A stretch of DNA of 64,000 nucleotides from an uncultured Pseudohongiella sp. (GTDB lineage: Bacteria; Pseudomonadota; Gammaproteobacteria; Pseudomonadales; Pseudohongiellaceae), in NCBI GenBank assembly GCA_965216715.1, contig OZ244193.1:1119977-1183976 (forward strand), in the 5' to 3' direction. Below, in pieces: positions 47,653 to 61,258 of the stretch (positions within the stretch are counted from its first letter, which is position 1; each line of letters opens with the position of its first letter). Made by a program: the position numbers and the translations under genes. The notes under the pieces were generated by a model. The model was not told where the DNA came from, searched no databases, and saw only the letters and a program-made list of their open reading frames with translations.

Positions 47653-49081
47653 GAATTGTCAGCCTGATCGCCCTTAAACCACTTCAGCTCGCCATGCAGA
47701 CTGACAACGCTGCCGATGATAGTCAGCGTAGGCGCCTGTAAGCCGGCCCCTTCTACCAATTCGGAAATAGTCTCCAGCGTGCCCGTGACCACGCGCTGAT
47801 GGCGGGTCGTTCCCTGCTGCACCACTGCCACTTCGGTGCTGGCCGCCATGCCATGCTCAATCAGTTTTTCACAGATCAACGGCAGGCCCACCAGCCCCAT
47901 ATAAAACACCAGGGTTTGTTGCTCGGCAATGATATGGGACCAATCCAGGTCCAGCTCACCCTGCTTCAGATGGCCCGCCAGAAAGCGGACTGACTGGGCA
48001 TGATCACGATGGGTCAGGGGGATCCCGGCATAGGCCGCACAACCGGATGCAGCGGTGATGCCGGGGATTACCTGAAAAGGAATCTCCGACTCGGTCAGCA
48101 CTGCCAGTTCCTCACCACCGCGCCCGAAAATAAAAGGATCGCCGCCTTTCAGGCGCAACACCCGTTTGCCATCACGGGCATGACTTACCAGCAATTCGTT
48201 AATACGCTCCTGGGGAACCGGATGATGTTTGGGCTGCTTGCCCACATGAATCTTTTCCGCATCCGGGCGCAGCTTGGCGAGGATTTCCGGTGAAACCAGT
48301 CGGTCATAGAACACCACATCAGCCTTGTGCATCAGACGCAGGGCGCGCAGCGTCAGAAGATCCGGATCTCCCGGGCCTGCCCCCACCAGATAAACCTCAC
48401 CCCGGCTGGCTTTCGAGCCGGTTTTCGCTTGCCCGTGGCTGCCAGACTCAAGCCACTGCGCCAGCAGCTCATTGAAGTTGTCCTCGGCCGTTTTATCCTG
48501 ACCGGCATACACCAGCTCCGGAATCCTGCTGTCCAGCACCGCTTCCCAGAAGCGAATGCGCTCATCGAAACTGTTGATGGATTGCTTGACGGTTTTGCGC
48601 TTGCTACCCAGCAGGCTGGCCAGATTATTAATGCGACCAGGCACCATGACTTCGTTCAGTTCTTTCAGATGGCGCGTCAGCACCGGCGAACTGCCTCCGC
48701 TGGAAATGGCAATCACAATGGGGGAACGGTCAACAATGGCAGGCATGATGAAACTGCACAGACGCGGCTGGTCCACCACATTGACAGGTAGTCCCCGCTG
48801 TCTGGCCAGCTCGCTGATGTTTTCATTAAGAGCGGTATCGTCGGTAGCGGCAACTACCAGAAGCACATCATCAAGCTGTTCGGCCGAGAATTCAGCCTGC
48901 AGCAGTGTCAGGGCGGCATTGTCCTGCAGCGCCAGCAACTGCGGCTCGAATTCCGGGGCCACCGCTGTGACATGGCCACCGGCCCGCAGCAACAGGGAAA
49001 TTTTTCGACTGGCGACCTCGCCTCCCCCAACGACCAGACACGCCCTTTCCCTGATATTCAGGAAGATGGGCAGCAGATCCA

Positions 49082-49082
<1 letters not shown>
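47649..49082 (-). CDS. cysG: Siroheme synthase (precorrin-2 dehydrogenase/ferrochelatase plus SUMT)
   Basis: ORF 47649..49340, trimmed to the ATG at 49082 (MDLLPIFLNIRERACLVVGGGEVASRK). The C-terminal methyltransferase has VYLVGAGPGDPDLLTLRA. Confidence 0.92.
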
Positions 49083-50377
<1,295 letters not shown>

Positions 50378-50755
50378 TTAGAGTAGCAGCCGGGTGATCT
50401 GCATACCGGCAAAGGCGGCAAAGAGACAGAGCACGACACTGCTGAAGATGTAAAAAAGGGCCGTATTGTAGTGGCCCTGCTGAAATAACAAAAGCGCATC
50501 CAGGGAGAAGGTAGAAAAGGTGGTCAGCGCACCGAGAAAACCCACTACCACCAGGGGTCGCCAGCTATCCACCAGATGCAGGCGCTCCATCAGCAGCACA
50601 AACATGAAGCCGATCAGAAAGCTGCCCAGCACATTCACCAGGAATGTGCCCAGGGGAAAATGACTGCCATTGAAGCGCTCCACTGCAATATTCAGCCAGA
50701 ATCTGCAGACCGCGCCGACGGCTCCACCCAGGGCCACGGCCAGTGTGCTGCTCAT
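50378..50755 (-). CDS. crcB: Fluoride channel CrcB/FluC
   Basis: 125 aa with four TM helices. GGAVGAVCRF and TFLVNVLGSFLIG are present. Confidence 0.9.
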   Translation of the reverse strand: MSSTLAVALGGAVGAVCRFWLNIAVERFNGSHFPLGTFLVNVLGSFLIGFMFVLLMERLHLVDSWRPLVVVGFLGALTTFSTFSLDALLLFQQGHYNTALFYIFSSVVLCLFAAFAGMQITRLLL

Positions 50756-50792
50756 GCTTGCAATACCCCGCGCCTGTCAGACATGGCAGTTC

Positions 50793-51437
50793 CTAATTGA
50801 CGTAATTATTCTCAATGACTTCGATACCTTCCGGCGCTTCGAACTCAAACAGGGAATCGGCCAGTTCGGTATTTTTTTCCAGACCAGTGAAACGCCAGAC
50901 GGTTTGCTCACCGTTTTTATTGCGCAGATGAATCATGTCCAGTTTGTCCTCGACAAAGCTGATCCTGATTACCTGATAAACACTGTCCGCAGCAAAGGGG
51001 GTCAGGTCAAATTCAATAATATCGCCCTGACGACCGGCGCTGCTGATCCGGTATTCCTCTGCCAGGGATTCGGTGTTGCCGCTGAGCAATTGCGCAGCCA
51101 GTTCCGACTCCTGGGCATTCCAGTCTTCCACCACCACTTGCTCCAGATCCGGCTGATAGTTCCACAGCAATTCACCATTGGTCACCACCAACTCCGGAAA
51201 CGGACTGAGGGTTTCCCAGTAAAAACCATCGGGTTTTTTCAGGTACATGCGTATCTGGCTTTCTTCCAGAACCCCACCATCGGACTCCACAATCAATTGC
51301 TCCACATCGGCAGCCAGGGTCGATACATCGGCCAGCAAACTGTCCAGCACCTGGCGGGCATCGTCCTGGGCCAGGGATTGATTGCAGAGGCTGCCGAGCA
51401 AGACAATTGCCAGGGCAGCCAGACCTTGATTCAACAT
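50793..51437 (-). CDS. lolA: Outer-membrane lipoprotein carrier protein LolA
   Basis: ORF 50793..51482. The ATG at 51437 gives a clean signal peptide (MLNQGLAALAIVLLGSLCNQSLA). The start at 51482, directly abutting the ftsK stop, is the alternative. Confidence 0.85.
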   Translation of the reverse strand: MLNQGLAALAIVLLGSLCNQSLAQDDARQVLDSLLADVSTLAADVEQLIVESDGGVLEESQIRMYLKKPDGFYWETLSPFPELVVTNGELLWNYQPDLEQVVVEDWNAQESELAAQLLSGNTESLAEEYRISSAGRQGDIIEFDLTPFAADSVYQVIRISFVEDKLDMIHLRNKNGEQTVWRFTGLEKNTELADSLFEFEAPEGIEVIENNYVN

Positions 51438-51482
51438 GCTTGAGACCTGTTGCTTGGACTGAACTGCTGACGGGAGAGACAT

Positions 51483-53816
51483 TCAGTCACGTGGAGGTGG
51501 CGGTGCGATGACTTCCCGGGAGCCGTTACTGCTCATTTCTGAAACCACCCCTGCCGCTTCCATGGATTCTATCATACGGGCGGCCCGGTTATAGCCGATT
51601 CGCAGCTTGCGCTGTACCGCCGAAATGGATGCCTTGCGGGACTCGGTGACAAAACGCACCGCTTCATCATAAAGGGCATCGTCTTCTTCACCCTCGCCGC
51701 TGTCGCCACCACCGCCCATGGCACCCATGTCCATATCATCGGCGCCCTGGGTAATCTCGTCGATATAGACCGGTTCTCCGCGTTCTTTCCAGTCAGCCAC
51801 CACGCGATGCACTTCCTCATCACTGACAAAGGCACCGTGTACGCGGGTGGGCACGCCACCGCCGGGCGGCAGAAACAGCATATCGCCATGACCCAGCAAC
51901 TGCTCGGCACCCCCTTCCCCGAGAATGGTGCGCGAGTCCACCTTGGACTGCACCATGAATGACAATCGGGTGGGTACATTGGCCTTGATCAGGCCGGTTA
52001 GCACGTCCACCGACGGACGCTGGGTGGCCAGGATCAGATGAATACCGGCTGCCCTTGCCTTCTGGGCGATCCGGGCAATCAGTTCCTCTACTTTCTTGCC
52101 CACCACCATCATCATGTCCGCCAGCTCGTCGACGATCACCACGATACAGGGCAAGGCTTCCAGCTCCGGTGCCTGCTGCTCTTCTTCCAGCAACATCGGA
52201 TCCGGCTTCCAGGTGGGATCCATGATGGGTTTGCCAGCCTTCTTGGCATCCACCACCTTCTTGTTGAAGCCCGCCAGATTGCGCACGCCCAGGGCCGACA
52301 TCAGTTTGTAGCGACGCTCCATTTCCGCCACACACCAGCGCAGGCCATTGGCGGCATCCTTCATGTCGGTGATCACCGGCGTCAGCAGATGGGGAATACC
52401 GTCGTAGACCGACAACTCCAGCATCTTCGGATCAATCATGATCAGGCGCACATGTTCCGGCGTGGACTTGAACAGCAGGCTCAGGATCATGGCATTGATA
52501 CCCACCGACTTACCGGAGCCGGTGGTACCGGCCACCAGCAGGTGGGGCATCTTGGCCAGATCCACGATCACCGGCTTGCCGACGATGTCATGCCCCAGGG
52601 CCATGGAAAGCGGCGAACTGGCACGATCGAAGTCCGCCGAGGACAATACCTGGCTCAGTTGAATGATTTCCCGCTTCTCGTTGGGAATCTCGATACCGAT
52701 GACGGTCTTGCCCGGGATCACTTCCACCACCCGCACAGAAATCACCGCAAGTGAGCGCGCCAGGTCCTTGACCAGATTACTGATTCTGCTGACCTTCACC
52801 CCCGGAGCCGGCTGCACCTCAAAGCGGGTAATCACCGGGCCCGGGTTCACTGCAGTCACCTCGATGTCGATACCAAAGTCCTTAAGCTTGAGTTCCAGCA
52901 GCTTCGACATGGCCTCCAGGGATTCCTTGGAAAAACCCGAGTCATTGGTTTCATGCCAGGCATCCAGCAGGCCGATGGCCGGTAGCTCCTTGACCGAATT
53001 GGCGGCGAACAGGGTGCCCTGTCGCTCCTTTTCCACCCGCTTGCTCTTCTCCGGCTGTCTCGGAGCCGGTGCCTTGATGGTGGGCGGTACGCGCTTTTTC
53101 TCTTTGGCAATGTGGATATCCAGCACCTTTTTGCGGCTCTCCAGACGTTCCTTGGCGGCTGCCGCCTGTTTGCGATCTTCCAGCCACTTGTTGAAGCGGC
53201 CTGCCACGAAGCTGCTGCCATTCAGGGTCCATTGCCCCAGGCGATCCACCACATCCAGCCAGGAGATGGTGACGGTAATGGTGAGTCCGAACAGGAAGCT
53301 GGCCAGCAACACCAGGGTCGATCCCAGCACCGCCAGCACCGGCACAAACAGGTCCACCACCAGGGAGCCCACTACCCCGCCCGCCAGATAGGTAACCTGG
53401 GGCGGAATTTCGAAATGCAGGGTGGCCAGACCACAGGCAGAAATCATCAACAGGAAAAAGCCCAGGGACTTGATGGCAAGCAGTGGCCAGGAAAAGGGCG
53501 CGGGGTTTTCGCTTTCCCGGTAGGCGCTGTAAATCTTGTAGCCCAGAAAAACCGGCAAGCCATAGGCCAGGTAGCCCACCAGGTGCAGCAGGATATCGGC
53601 CACCCAGGCGCCATAGACCCCCACTGCGTTGTCCACAGCCCCGCCACTGCCGGTAGTGGTGAAGCCCGGGTCGTCTGGCGAGTAGCTCACCAGGGCAATC
53701 AGCAGAAACAAGGCCAGCAGGAAATAGGCGATCAGCGAGCCTTCTCGCGTCACGCGCTGGATGACAGTTTCTACTTCGGCCTTGTTGTCAGGCTTGCTCA
53801 TGGTTGTATTTTTCAA
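51483..53816 (-). CDS. ftsK: DNA translocase FtsK
   Basis: 777 aa. It has N-terminal TM helices, Walker A GTTGSGKS, and a C-terminal winged-helix gamma domain ([17 protein letters not shown]). Confidence 0.95.
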   Translation of the reverse strand: MKNTTMSKPDNKAEVETVIQRVTREGSLIAYFLLALFLLIALVSYSPDDPGFTTTGSGGAVDNAVGVYGAWVADILLHLVGYLAYGLPVFLGYKIYSAYRESENPAPFSWPLLAIKSLGFFLLMISACGLATLHFEIPPQVTYLAGGVVGSLVVDLFVPVLAVLGSTLVLLASFLFGLTITVTISWLDVVDRLGQWTLNGSSFVAGRFNKWLEDRKQAAAAKERLESRKKVLDIHIAKEKKRVPPTIKAPAPRQPEKSKRVEKERQGTLFAANSVKELPAIGLLDAWHETNDSGFSKESLEAMSKLLELKLKDFGIDIEVTAVNPGPVITRFEVQPAPGVKVSRISNLVKDLARSLAVISVRVVEVIPGKTVIGIEIPNEKREIIQLSQVLSSADFDRASSPLSMALGHDIVGKPVIVDLAKMPHLLVAGTTGSGKSVGINAMILSLLFKSTPEHVRLIMIDPKMLELSVYDGIPHLLTPVITDMKDAANGLRWCVAEMERRYKLMSALGVRNLAGFNKKVVDAKKAGKPIMDPTWKPDPMLLEEEQQAPELEALPCIVVIVDELADMMMVVGKKVEELIARIAQKARAAGIHLILATQRPSVDVLTGLIKANVPTRLSFMVQSKVDSRTILGEGGAEQLLGHGDMLFLPPGGGVPTRVHGAFVSDEEVHRVVADWKERGEPVYIDEITQGADDMDMGAMGGGGDSGEGEEDDALYDEAVRFVTESRKASISAVQRKLRIGYNRAARMIESMEAAGVVSEMSSNGSREVIAPPPPRD

Positions 53817-54177
53817 TGGTTTCAGACACCTGAACGGTTTTTATCGAACTGTTTCGAGGATAATGGCCAGACTCGGCAAAGTCACTCCCTAATTGCCGGC
53901 CGGCACTGCTTTGACTCTCTTTCGGCTATCCCTAGGTTATCGGGCGCTGGCCCGGATTATTGATGCTTCCATTGCAGCAATCTGCCTGGCACTGGCCAGA
54001 CTGTGGGGCACTTCACAATCAGCGCCTGGCATGCCTGAAACCGGTGCCCCGGGCAAAAATTCTGTACAATGCGCCCTCTCCTGCAGAGTCGCAAAGAGTT
54101 GAATTCAGGCAGTCCAGACCCAATCTGTCTGTAGTCTCTGTCAGGAGTCTGAAGCTGTTCCAGTTAACCGCTCCTGA

Positions 54178-55227
<1,050 letters not shown>

Positions 55228-55249
55228 TTCAGGCCCGCCTGGCAAAATC

Positions 55250-55945
55250 ATGACCCTGCCCTGGCTCGATCCCGACCAGATTGCCTTTCCTCCGGCCGAC
55301 GCCGCCATGGAAGATCCCAATGGCCTGCTGGCAGCCGGTGGCGCCCTCAGCGCCGACTGGCTGCAGGCGGCTTATCGGCGGGGCATCTTTCCCTGGTATG
55401 AACAGGGCCAGCCCATTCTCTGGTGGTCGCCGGATCCGCGCCTGGTGCTCTTTCCCGAGCAGTTGCATGTATCCCGCAGCTTGCGAAAACTGATCAGGAA
55501 ATCCCCCTATGTGCTGACCATGGATCAGGATTTTCCTGCGGTCATGGCGGCCTGCGCCGAACCCAGGCGGGACAGCGACGGCACCTGGATCACGCCGGAA
55601 ATGGAACAGGCCTATACCCAGTTACATCACCGGGGCATGGCCCACTCGGTGGAAGCCTGGCAAGGAGACGAACTGGTTGGCGGGCTTTACGGCGTGGCCC
55701 TGGGCAGGGTATTTTTTGGTGAGTCCATGTTCAGCCGCCGCGACAATGCCTCCAAGCTGGCTTTTGTGGCTCTGGTTGAACAGCTCAAGACCTGGGGCTT
55801 TGAGCTTATCGACTGTCAGGTGGAGAGCGAACATCTGCGCAGTCTCGGCGCCGAGGAGATACCGCGGCAGCAATTTCTGTCGCTGCTGGATACCCAGACA
55901 GCGCTCGCCTCCAGACCGGGACCATGGCAGTTTGAACAGCGGTAG
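55250..55945 (+). CDS. aat: Leucyl/phenylalanyl-tRNA--protein transferase
   Basis: ORF 55058..55945, trimmed to the ATG at 55250 (MTLPWLD...GIFPWY...[10 protein letters not shown]). Confidence 0.9.
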   Translation: MTLPWLDPDQIAFPPADAAMEDPNGLLAAGGALSADWLQAAYRRGIFPWYEQGQPILWWSPDPRLVLFPEQLHVSRSLRKLIRKSPYVLTMDQDFPAVMAACAEPRRDSDGTWITPEMEQAYTQLHHRGMAHSVEAWQGDELVGGLYGVALGRVFFGESMFSRRDNASKLAFVALVEQLKTWGFELIDCQVESEHLRSLGAEEIPRQQFLSLLDTQTALASRPGPWQFEQR

Positions 55946-55951
55946 CTATTG

Positions 55952-56671
55952 ATGAACTCGAATTCCAAGACACTCAGTTCGGTACGTCTGTTCCGCACCT
56001 CGACCCACCCCTGCAGTTACAAGCAGGAGCAGCAGGCGGCCACCGTCTTCGTCGACCCGGACCTGGTGATCGACAAGAACCTCAACAGCAAGCTCAGTGA
56101 TATGGGCTATCGCCGCAGCGGCGCCCACCTCTATCGTCCCGACTGCGAACTCTGCAATGCCTGTATTTCCTGCCGCATCCCCGCCGGATTCTTTGAATTT
56201 CGCCGGCGCCATAAAAGAATTTTCAAGGCAAACCGGGACTTGCGCGTGGAAGAAAGAAACGACCTTACCGAGGAAGAGGCATTCACGCTGTACCAGCACT
56301 ACATCAATGTGCGCCATAGAGACGGTGATATGTACCCGGCCACCCGGGAACAGTATGAGGCCTTCATCAAGACCAAGACCGTGGACACCCGCTTCTTCCT
56401 GTTCTATGCCGGCGATGAACTGCTGGCGGTGAGCGTCACCGACATCCTTGAACACGGCCTGTCGGCGGTCTACACCTTCTTCCACCCGGAAATGCCGAAG
56501 CGCTCCCTGGGCAACTACGTGATTCTCTGGCAGATCCGTAGATGCCAGCAGATGCGCCTGCCCTATCTGTTCCTTGGTTACTGGATCAAGGGTTGCCAGA
56601 AAATGCAGTACAAGAGTGAATTCCGCCCCCTGGAATTGCTCATCGACGGTAAATGGATCCTGCTTACCTAG
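55952..56671 (+). CDS. bpt: Arginyl-tRNA-protein-transferase-family enzyme (bacterial Bpt/Ate, aspartate/glutamate leucyltransferase)
   Basis: 239 aa from the ATG at 55952. CSYKQEQQA, YRRSGAHLYRPDCELCNACIS and LGYWI are Ate/Bpt hallmarks. Confidence 0.85.
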   Translation: MNSNSKTLSSVRLFRTSTHPCSYKQEQQAATVFVDPDLVIDKNLNSKLSDMGYRRSGAHLYRPDCELCNACISCRIPAGFFEFRRRHKRIFKANRDLRVEERNDLTEEEAFTLYQHYINVRHRDGDMYPATREQYEAFIKTKTVDTRFFLFYAGDELLAVSVTDILEHGLSAVYTFFHPEMPKRSLGNYVILWQIRRCQQMRLPYLFLGYWIKGCQKMQYKSEFRPLELLIDGKWILLT

Positions 56672-56839
56672 AAGCGCCTGCCCCTAAGCCGCACTGAAAG
56701 CTTGCCAAAAGTGTTCTGAGAGATCACCGGGAAGCCCCTGTGAGGGCACTGTCAGCGCCCTGATATGCGCGCCAGCTTTGCCTTGTGGCCCAAAATCCGG
56801 CACAATGCAGCCCGCAATTCACAGCCCACTGGAGTGCCA

Positions 56840-57058
56840 ATGGCGAAAGAAGATCAAATTGAAATGGAAGGCGAAGTTGTTGATACCCTTCCTAACACCA
56901 TGTTTCGGGTAAAACTCGAAAATGGTCATGTGGTTACCGCACATATCTCCGGCAAAATGCGCAAAAACTACATCCGCATTCTCACCGGCGACAAGGTGTT
57001 GGTTGAACTGACTCCCTACGACCTGACCAAAGGCCGCATTACCTACCGCGCCCGCTAG
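56840..57058 (+). CDS. infA: Translation initiation factor IF-1
   Basis: ORF 56765..57058, trimmed to the ATG at 56840. The product is [30 protein letters not shown]...RITYRAR (72 aa). Confidence 0.97.
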   Translation: MAKEDQIEMEGEVVDTLPNTMFRVKLENGHVVTAHISGKMRKNYIRILTGDKVLVELTPYDLTKGRITYRAR

Positions 57059-57116
57059 CGCGACGGCCGACCACCCGCACCACTCTGCAAGCAGCCCTGC
57101 GCGAAGGCCCGGCGGC

Positions 57117-59408
57117 TCAGTCCTTGACCGAACTGAGCTCCCTGGATTTCTGTGGCTTGCCGCCCTCAATCCTGAGTTTGATGTCATCGTCCTCGGCGCT
57201 GACATAGACATCACCACCGGCGCTGGCCAGTTCACCAAAGAGAATATCTTCCGCCAGGGCTTTCTTGAGCTTCTCCTGGATCAGACGCGCCATCGGCCGC
57301 GCCCCCATGCTCTCGCTGTAGCCATGGGTCACGAACCAGTCTCTGGCGCTGTTATCCACGTGCAGCAGCACGTTCTTCTCATCCAGTTGCACCTGCAACT
57401 CCACCAGGAACTTGTCCACCACCGTGCGGATAATCTCTACCGGCAAGGCGCCGAACTGGATAATGCCATCCAGGCGATTGCGGAATTCCGGCGTGAAGGA
57501 CTTCTTGATGACTTCCTTGCCATCACTGCTGTGATCCTGCTCGGTGAAGCCAATGGAGGCCCGGGACATTTCCTGGGCACCGGCATTGGTGGTCATGATC
57601 AGAATGACATTGCGGAAATCCGCCTTGCGGCCATTGTTGTCAGTGAGCGTGCCGTGGTCCATCACCTGCAACAACAGATTAAATACATCAGGATGCGCTT
57701 TCTCAATCTCGTCTAACAGCAAGACACAGTGAGGATTTTTGGCAACCGCTTCGGTCATCAAACCACCCTGGTCAAAGCCGACATAGCCCGGCGGCGCACC
57801 GATCAAACGGGAAACGGTATGGCGCTCCATGTATTCGGACATGTCAAAGCGCAGTAGCTCGATGCCCATGATCTTGGCCAACTGCCGACTGACTTCGGTC
57901 TTGCCCACGCCGGTGGGTCCGGCGAACAGGAAAGAACCAATGGGCTTCTCCGCCTCGCCCAGGCCGGCGCGGGACAGCTTGATAGCCGTGGCCAGGGTAT
58001 CGATGGCCTTGTCCTGACCAAAGACCACCATCTTCAGATTGGATTCCAGACTCTTGAGGGAATCGATGTCGGAATTGGTGACATGCTTGGGCGGTATCTT
58101 GGCGATTGAGGCCACCACCTTCTCCATGTCCTGCACCTGGATCATCTTCTTGCGTTTACTGACCGGCTGCAGGCGCTGATAGGCACCGGCTTCATCGATC
58201 ACGTCGATGGCCTTGTCGGGCATGTAGCGATCATTGATATAGCGGCCCGCCAGTTCCGAAGCCGCCTTGAGAGCCTTGTCGCTGTAGCGCAGCTCATGAT
58301 GGTCTTCAAAACGGGACTTCAAGCCTTTGAGAATCTTGTAGGTTGTCTCCACATCCGGCTCATCCACATCAATCTTCTGGAAGCGCCTGGACAGGGCCCG
58401 GTCTTTCTCGAAAATGCCGCGGTATTCCTGATAGGTGGTGGAACCAATGCAGCGCAGCTGACCGGAGGTCAGTACCGGCTTGAGCAGATTGGAGGCGTCC
58501 ATGACGCCGCCCGATGCCGCACCGGCACCGATGATGGTATGAATCTCGTCGATGAACAGAATGGCATGTTCATTCTTCTTAAGTTCAGCAAGCAAGGCCT
58601 TGAAACGCTTCTCAAAATCGCCGCGGTACTTGGTGCCCGCCAGCAGCGCCCCCAGGTCCAGGGAATAGATTTCGCTGTCCGCCAGCACATCGGGCACATT
58701 GCCTTCCACAATCAGCTTGGCCAGCCCTTCTGCCACGGCGGTCTTGCCCACGCCGGACTCACCCACCAGCAGCGGATTGTTCTTGCGGCGCCGGGACAGG
58801 ACCTGCACCACGCGGGTCACTTCGTCCTCGCGGCCGATGAGGGGATCGATACGGCCCTGCTCGGCCTCCACATTGAGATTGGTGGCAAAGCTGTCCAGGG
58901 GATTGCTGGGGGATTCACCCACCACTTCCTCTTCCTGCTGTTCGCTGCTGCCCTCATTCTCTGAATGCCCGGGCACCTTGGAGATGCCATGGGTGATGAA
59001 ATTCACCACATCGATGCGCGCCACATCCTGCTGCTTGAGAAAAAACACGGCCTGGCTTTCCTGCTCGCTGAAGATAGCCACCAGCACATTGGCACCGGTC
59101 ACTTCCCGCTTGCCGGACGATTGCACATGGAATACGGCCCGCTGCAGCACACGCTGGAAACCCAGGGTTGGCTGCGTCTCGCGCGCGGTATCAGTCTCGG
59201 AGAGCAAAGGCGTGGTGGAGTCGACAAAGTCCAGCAGCTCGCCACGCAGGCGACTGAGATCACAATCACAGGCCACCAGCACATTGGCTGCGACTTCATT
59301 GTCCAGCAAGGCCAGCAGCAAATGCTCCACGGTCATGAATTCATGCCGTTTCTTGCGCGCTGCCTTGAAGGCGTAACTGAGGGTGGCTTCGAGATCTTTA
59401 CTTAACAT
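57117..59408 (-). CDS. clpA: ATP-dependent Clp protease ATP-binding subunit ClpA
   Basis: ORF 57117..59495, trimmed to the ATG at 59408 (MLSKDLEATLSYAF). It has two AAA+ modules with GESGVGKT and GPTGVGKT. Confidence 0.95.
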   Translation of the reverse strand: MLSKDLEATLSYAFKAARKKRHEFMTVEHLLLALLDNEVAANVLVACDCDLSRLRGELLDFVDSTTPLLSETDTARETQPTLGFQRVLQRAVFHVQSSGKREVTGANVLVAIFSEQESQAVFFLKQQDVARIDVVNFITHGISKVPGHSENEGSSEQQEEEVVGESPSNPLDSFATNLNVEAEQGRIDPLIGREDEVTRVVQVLSRRRKNNPLLVGESGVGKTAVAEGLAKLIVEGNVPDVLADSEIYSLDLGALLAGTKYRGDFEKRFKALLAELKKNEHAILFIDEIHTIIGAGAASGGVMDASNLLKPVLTSGQLRCIGSTTYQEYRGIFEKDRALSRRFQKIDVDEPDVETTYKILKGLKSRFEDHHELRYSDKALKAASELAGRYINDRYMPDKAIDVIDEAGAYQRLQPVSKRKKMIQVQDMEKVVASIAKIPPKHVTNSDIDSLKSLESNLKMVVFGQDKAIDTLATAIKLSRAGLGEAEKPIGSFLFAGPTGVGKTEVSRQLAKIMGIELLRFDMSEYMERHTVSRLIGAPPGYVGFDQGGLMTEAVAKNPHCVLLLDEIEKAHPDVFNLLLQVMDHGTLTDNNGRKADFRNVILIMTTNAGAQEMSRASIGFTEQDHSSDGKEVIKKSFTPEFRNRLDGIIQFGALPVEIIRTVVDKFLVELQVQLDEKNVLLHVDNSARDWFVTHGYSESMGARPMARLIQEKLKKALAEDILFGELASAGGDVYVSAEDDDIKLRIEGGKPQKSRELSSVKD

Positions 59409-59452
59409 AATTTGCCTGCCTGTTGATCCTGCCCTGTCGGGCCGGACTGCTG

Positions 59453-59806
59453 CTAGCGATCCACTTCCACGGAGCAGAGCAGTGGCTGCTCGCATTCGCG
59501 GGAATAATCATTGACCTGGGCGGCCTTGGTTTCGGCGACGTCCTTGCTGAACACCCCGCAGACCCCTTTGCCCTCGGTATGCACCTTGAGCATGATCTGG
59601 GTGGCCTTCTCAACATTCATATTGAAAAACGAGCGTAGCACGTCCACAACGAAGTCCATTGGGGTGTAGTCGTCATTTATCAACACCACCTTGTACAGGG
59701 GTGGCTGCTTGAGTTTGGGCCTGGCGGTGGTGGTGGCAGTTCCGAATTCCTGGTCGCTGTCATTGCCGTCTTCGGAATTGCGCGGTCGTATGGGAAATTT
59801 GCTCAT
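59453..59806 (-). CDS. clpS: ClpS N-degron adaptor
   Basis: ORF 59453..59836. The ATG at 59806 has a GGAG upstream. The core is [17 protein letters not shown]. Confidence 0.9.
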   Translation of the reverse strand: MSKFPIRPRNSEDGNDSDQEFGTATTTARPKLKQPPLYKVVLINDDYTPMDFVVDVLRSFFNMNVEKATQIMLKVHTEGKGVCGVFSKDVAETKAAQVNDYSRECEQPLLCSVEVDR

Positions 59807-60207
59807 ACGCGGCTCCGGATATGGGGTTTTGTGCATGCTACTACTCTGCGTACTCCGCGGTACTGGTTAAGCGAATGGGCCTGCGGCCAGTGTCGGCCGG
59901 GGCGCCATTGCGCGTGACGACTGGGATCAGGAGGCAGCAAATCAAGCTGCCCGACTGCTGACTATTTTGCGTCAGTTGGCCTGGCTTGGGAAGACTTGAC
60001 CTTGGGCAAAGTTTCAGCCCCTTAAAAACTGCCGCGCCAGCTGTTATGGGGCTAATTCAAGTAATTTCAAGGGCTTGGACCAAATGCTTGCAAACGGCCG
60101 GGAGCGAGATTTTTGACATCGGCACAGGGTTCGTGTATAGGATCGTGTGTGACTAATTGTCACAACATCATAATTACAAAAAATAATAAGACAGTACGGA
60201 GTTGTCT

Positions 60208-60486
60208 ATGAGTACTGGGCAAGTAAAGTGGTTTAATAATGCCAAAGGATTCGGCTTCATTTTGCCGGATGATGGGGGCGACGATCTCTTCGCACACTAT
60301 TCAGCCATCGGCATGGAAGGCTATAAAACGTTAAAGGCTGGGCAATTGGTGGAGTTCGATGCCATCGAGGGACCGAAGGGATTGCATGCTGCAAATATTA
60401 AACCCTTGCAGGATTCTGCCAAGCCGGATTCAGAGGCTGAGGCAGGTGCTTCGCCAGCCCCTAACGGCGAAGAACAGCCAGAGTAG
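60208..60486 (+). CDS. cspD: Cold-shock-domain protein, CspD-like, with an acidic/Pro-rich C-terminal tail
   Basis: ORF 60202..60486, with the ATG at 60208. [15 protein letters not shown] contains the RNP1 motif. It is divergent from clpS, as in enterobacteria and pseudomonads. Confidence 0.85.
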   Translation: MSTGQVKWFNNAKGFGFILPDDGGDDLFAHYSAIGMEGYKTLKAGQLVEFDAIEGPKGLHAANIKPLQDSAKPDSEAEAGASPAPNGEEQPE

Positions 60487-60695
60487 ACAGAGCTCCGCCT
60501 GGCCTTCCATCAATTCCGATTGAGTCGAGGCCAGGTCAGGCACTCACACTGTGCCGGGACGCAGTGCTTTATCACATGCCCGCTTTTGTGAGAATCTCTT
60601 ACGCGCTGAATTTCACCTGATGGATTAAACGCCTGCCCGCCTGCGGGGAGCCGGTATTCCGTGCCGGCCCTGTTGTCTGCACGCAAGCATAACCC

Positions 60696-61235
60696 ATGTC
60701 GAAACTGATACTGTTCAACAAGCCCTGCGGCGTGCTGACCCAATTCACCGGCGAGCCCGGCGACCGCACCCTGGCGGATTACATCGACCAGCCCGGCTTT
60801 TATGCTGCCGGGCGTCTGGACAAGGACAGCGAGGGCCTGCTGCTGTTGACCGACGACGGGCGCCTGCAACAGCGCATCAGCAATCCCAGACATGGCAAGG
60901 GCAAGACCTATCTGGCCCAGGTGGAGGGCGCCATCAGTGATGAGGCCATCAGGCAATTGCGTCAGGGCCTGCAACTGAAAGACGGCCGTACCCGGCCCTG
61001 CAAGGCCGAAGCCATTGCCGAGCCTTCACTCTGGGAGCGACAACCGCCCATTCGCTTCCGCAAGCACATCCCCACCAGTTGGTTGAAGCTGACGCTCACC
61101 GAAGGCCGCAATCGCCAGGTAAGGCGGATGACCGCCGCGGCGGGCTTTCCCACCCTGCGTCTGGTGCGTATTGCGGTGGATAAATGGGAGTTGGGAGATT
61201 TACAGCCAGGTCAGTGGCTTATGGTAGATAGCTAA
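60696..61235 (+). CDS. rluE: rRNA pseudouridine synthase, RluE-like (RsuA family without an S4 domain)
   Basis: 179 aa. ILFNKPCGVLTQF and the catalytic GRLDKDSEGLLLLT are present. Confidence 0.85.
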   Translation: MSKLILFNKPCGVLTQFTGEPGDRTLADYIDQPGFYAAGRLDKDSEGLLLLTDDGRLQQRISNPRHGKGKTYLAQVEGAISDEAIRQLRQGLQLKDGRTRPCKAEAIAEPSLWERQPPIRFRKHIPTSWLKLTLTEGRNRQVRRMTAAAGFPTLRLVRIAVDKWELGDLQPGQWLMVDS

Positions 61236-61258
61236 GGCTGCTTTAGCGATGCTGCGGC

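Noticed and set aside
50756-50792. Fluoride riboswitch expected upstream of crcB
   Set aside because: Only 37 nt separate crcB from lolA, and the sequence shows none of the conserved riboswitch segments as I recall them.
60148-60164. CRP-like palindrome TGTGAC-TAATT-GTCACA in the cspD leader (cspD is CRP-activated in E. coli)
   Set aside because: The half-sites TGTGA and TCACA are separated by 7 nt rather than the canonical 6. The element also lies downstream of the best -10 candidate, so it is as likely to be a 5'-UTR hairpin.
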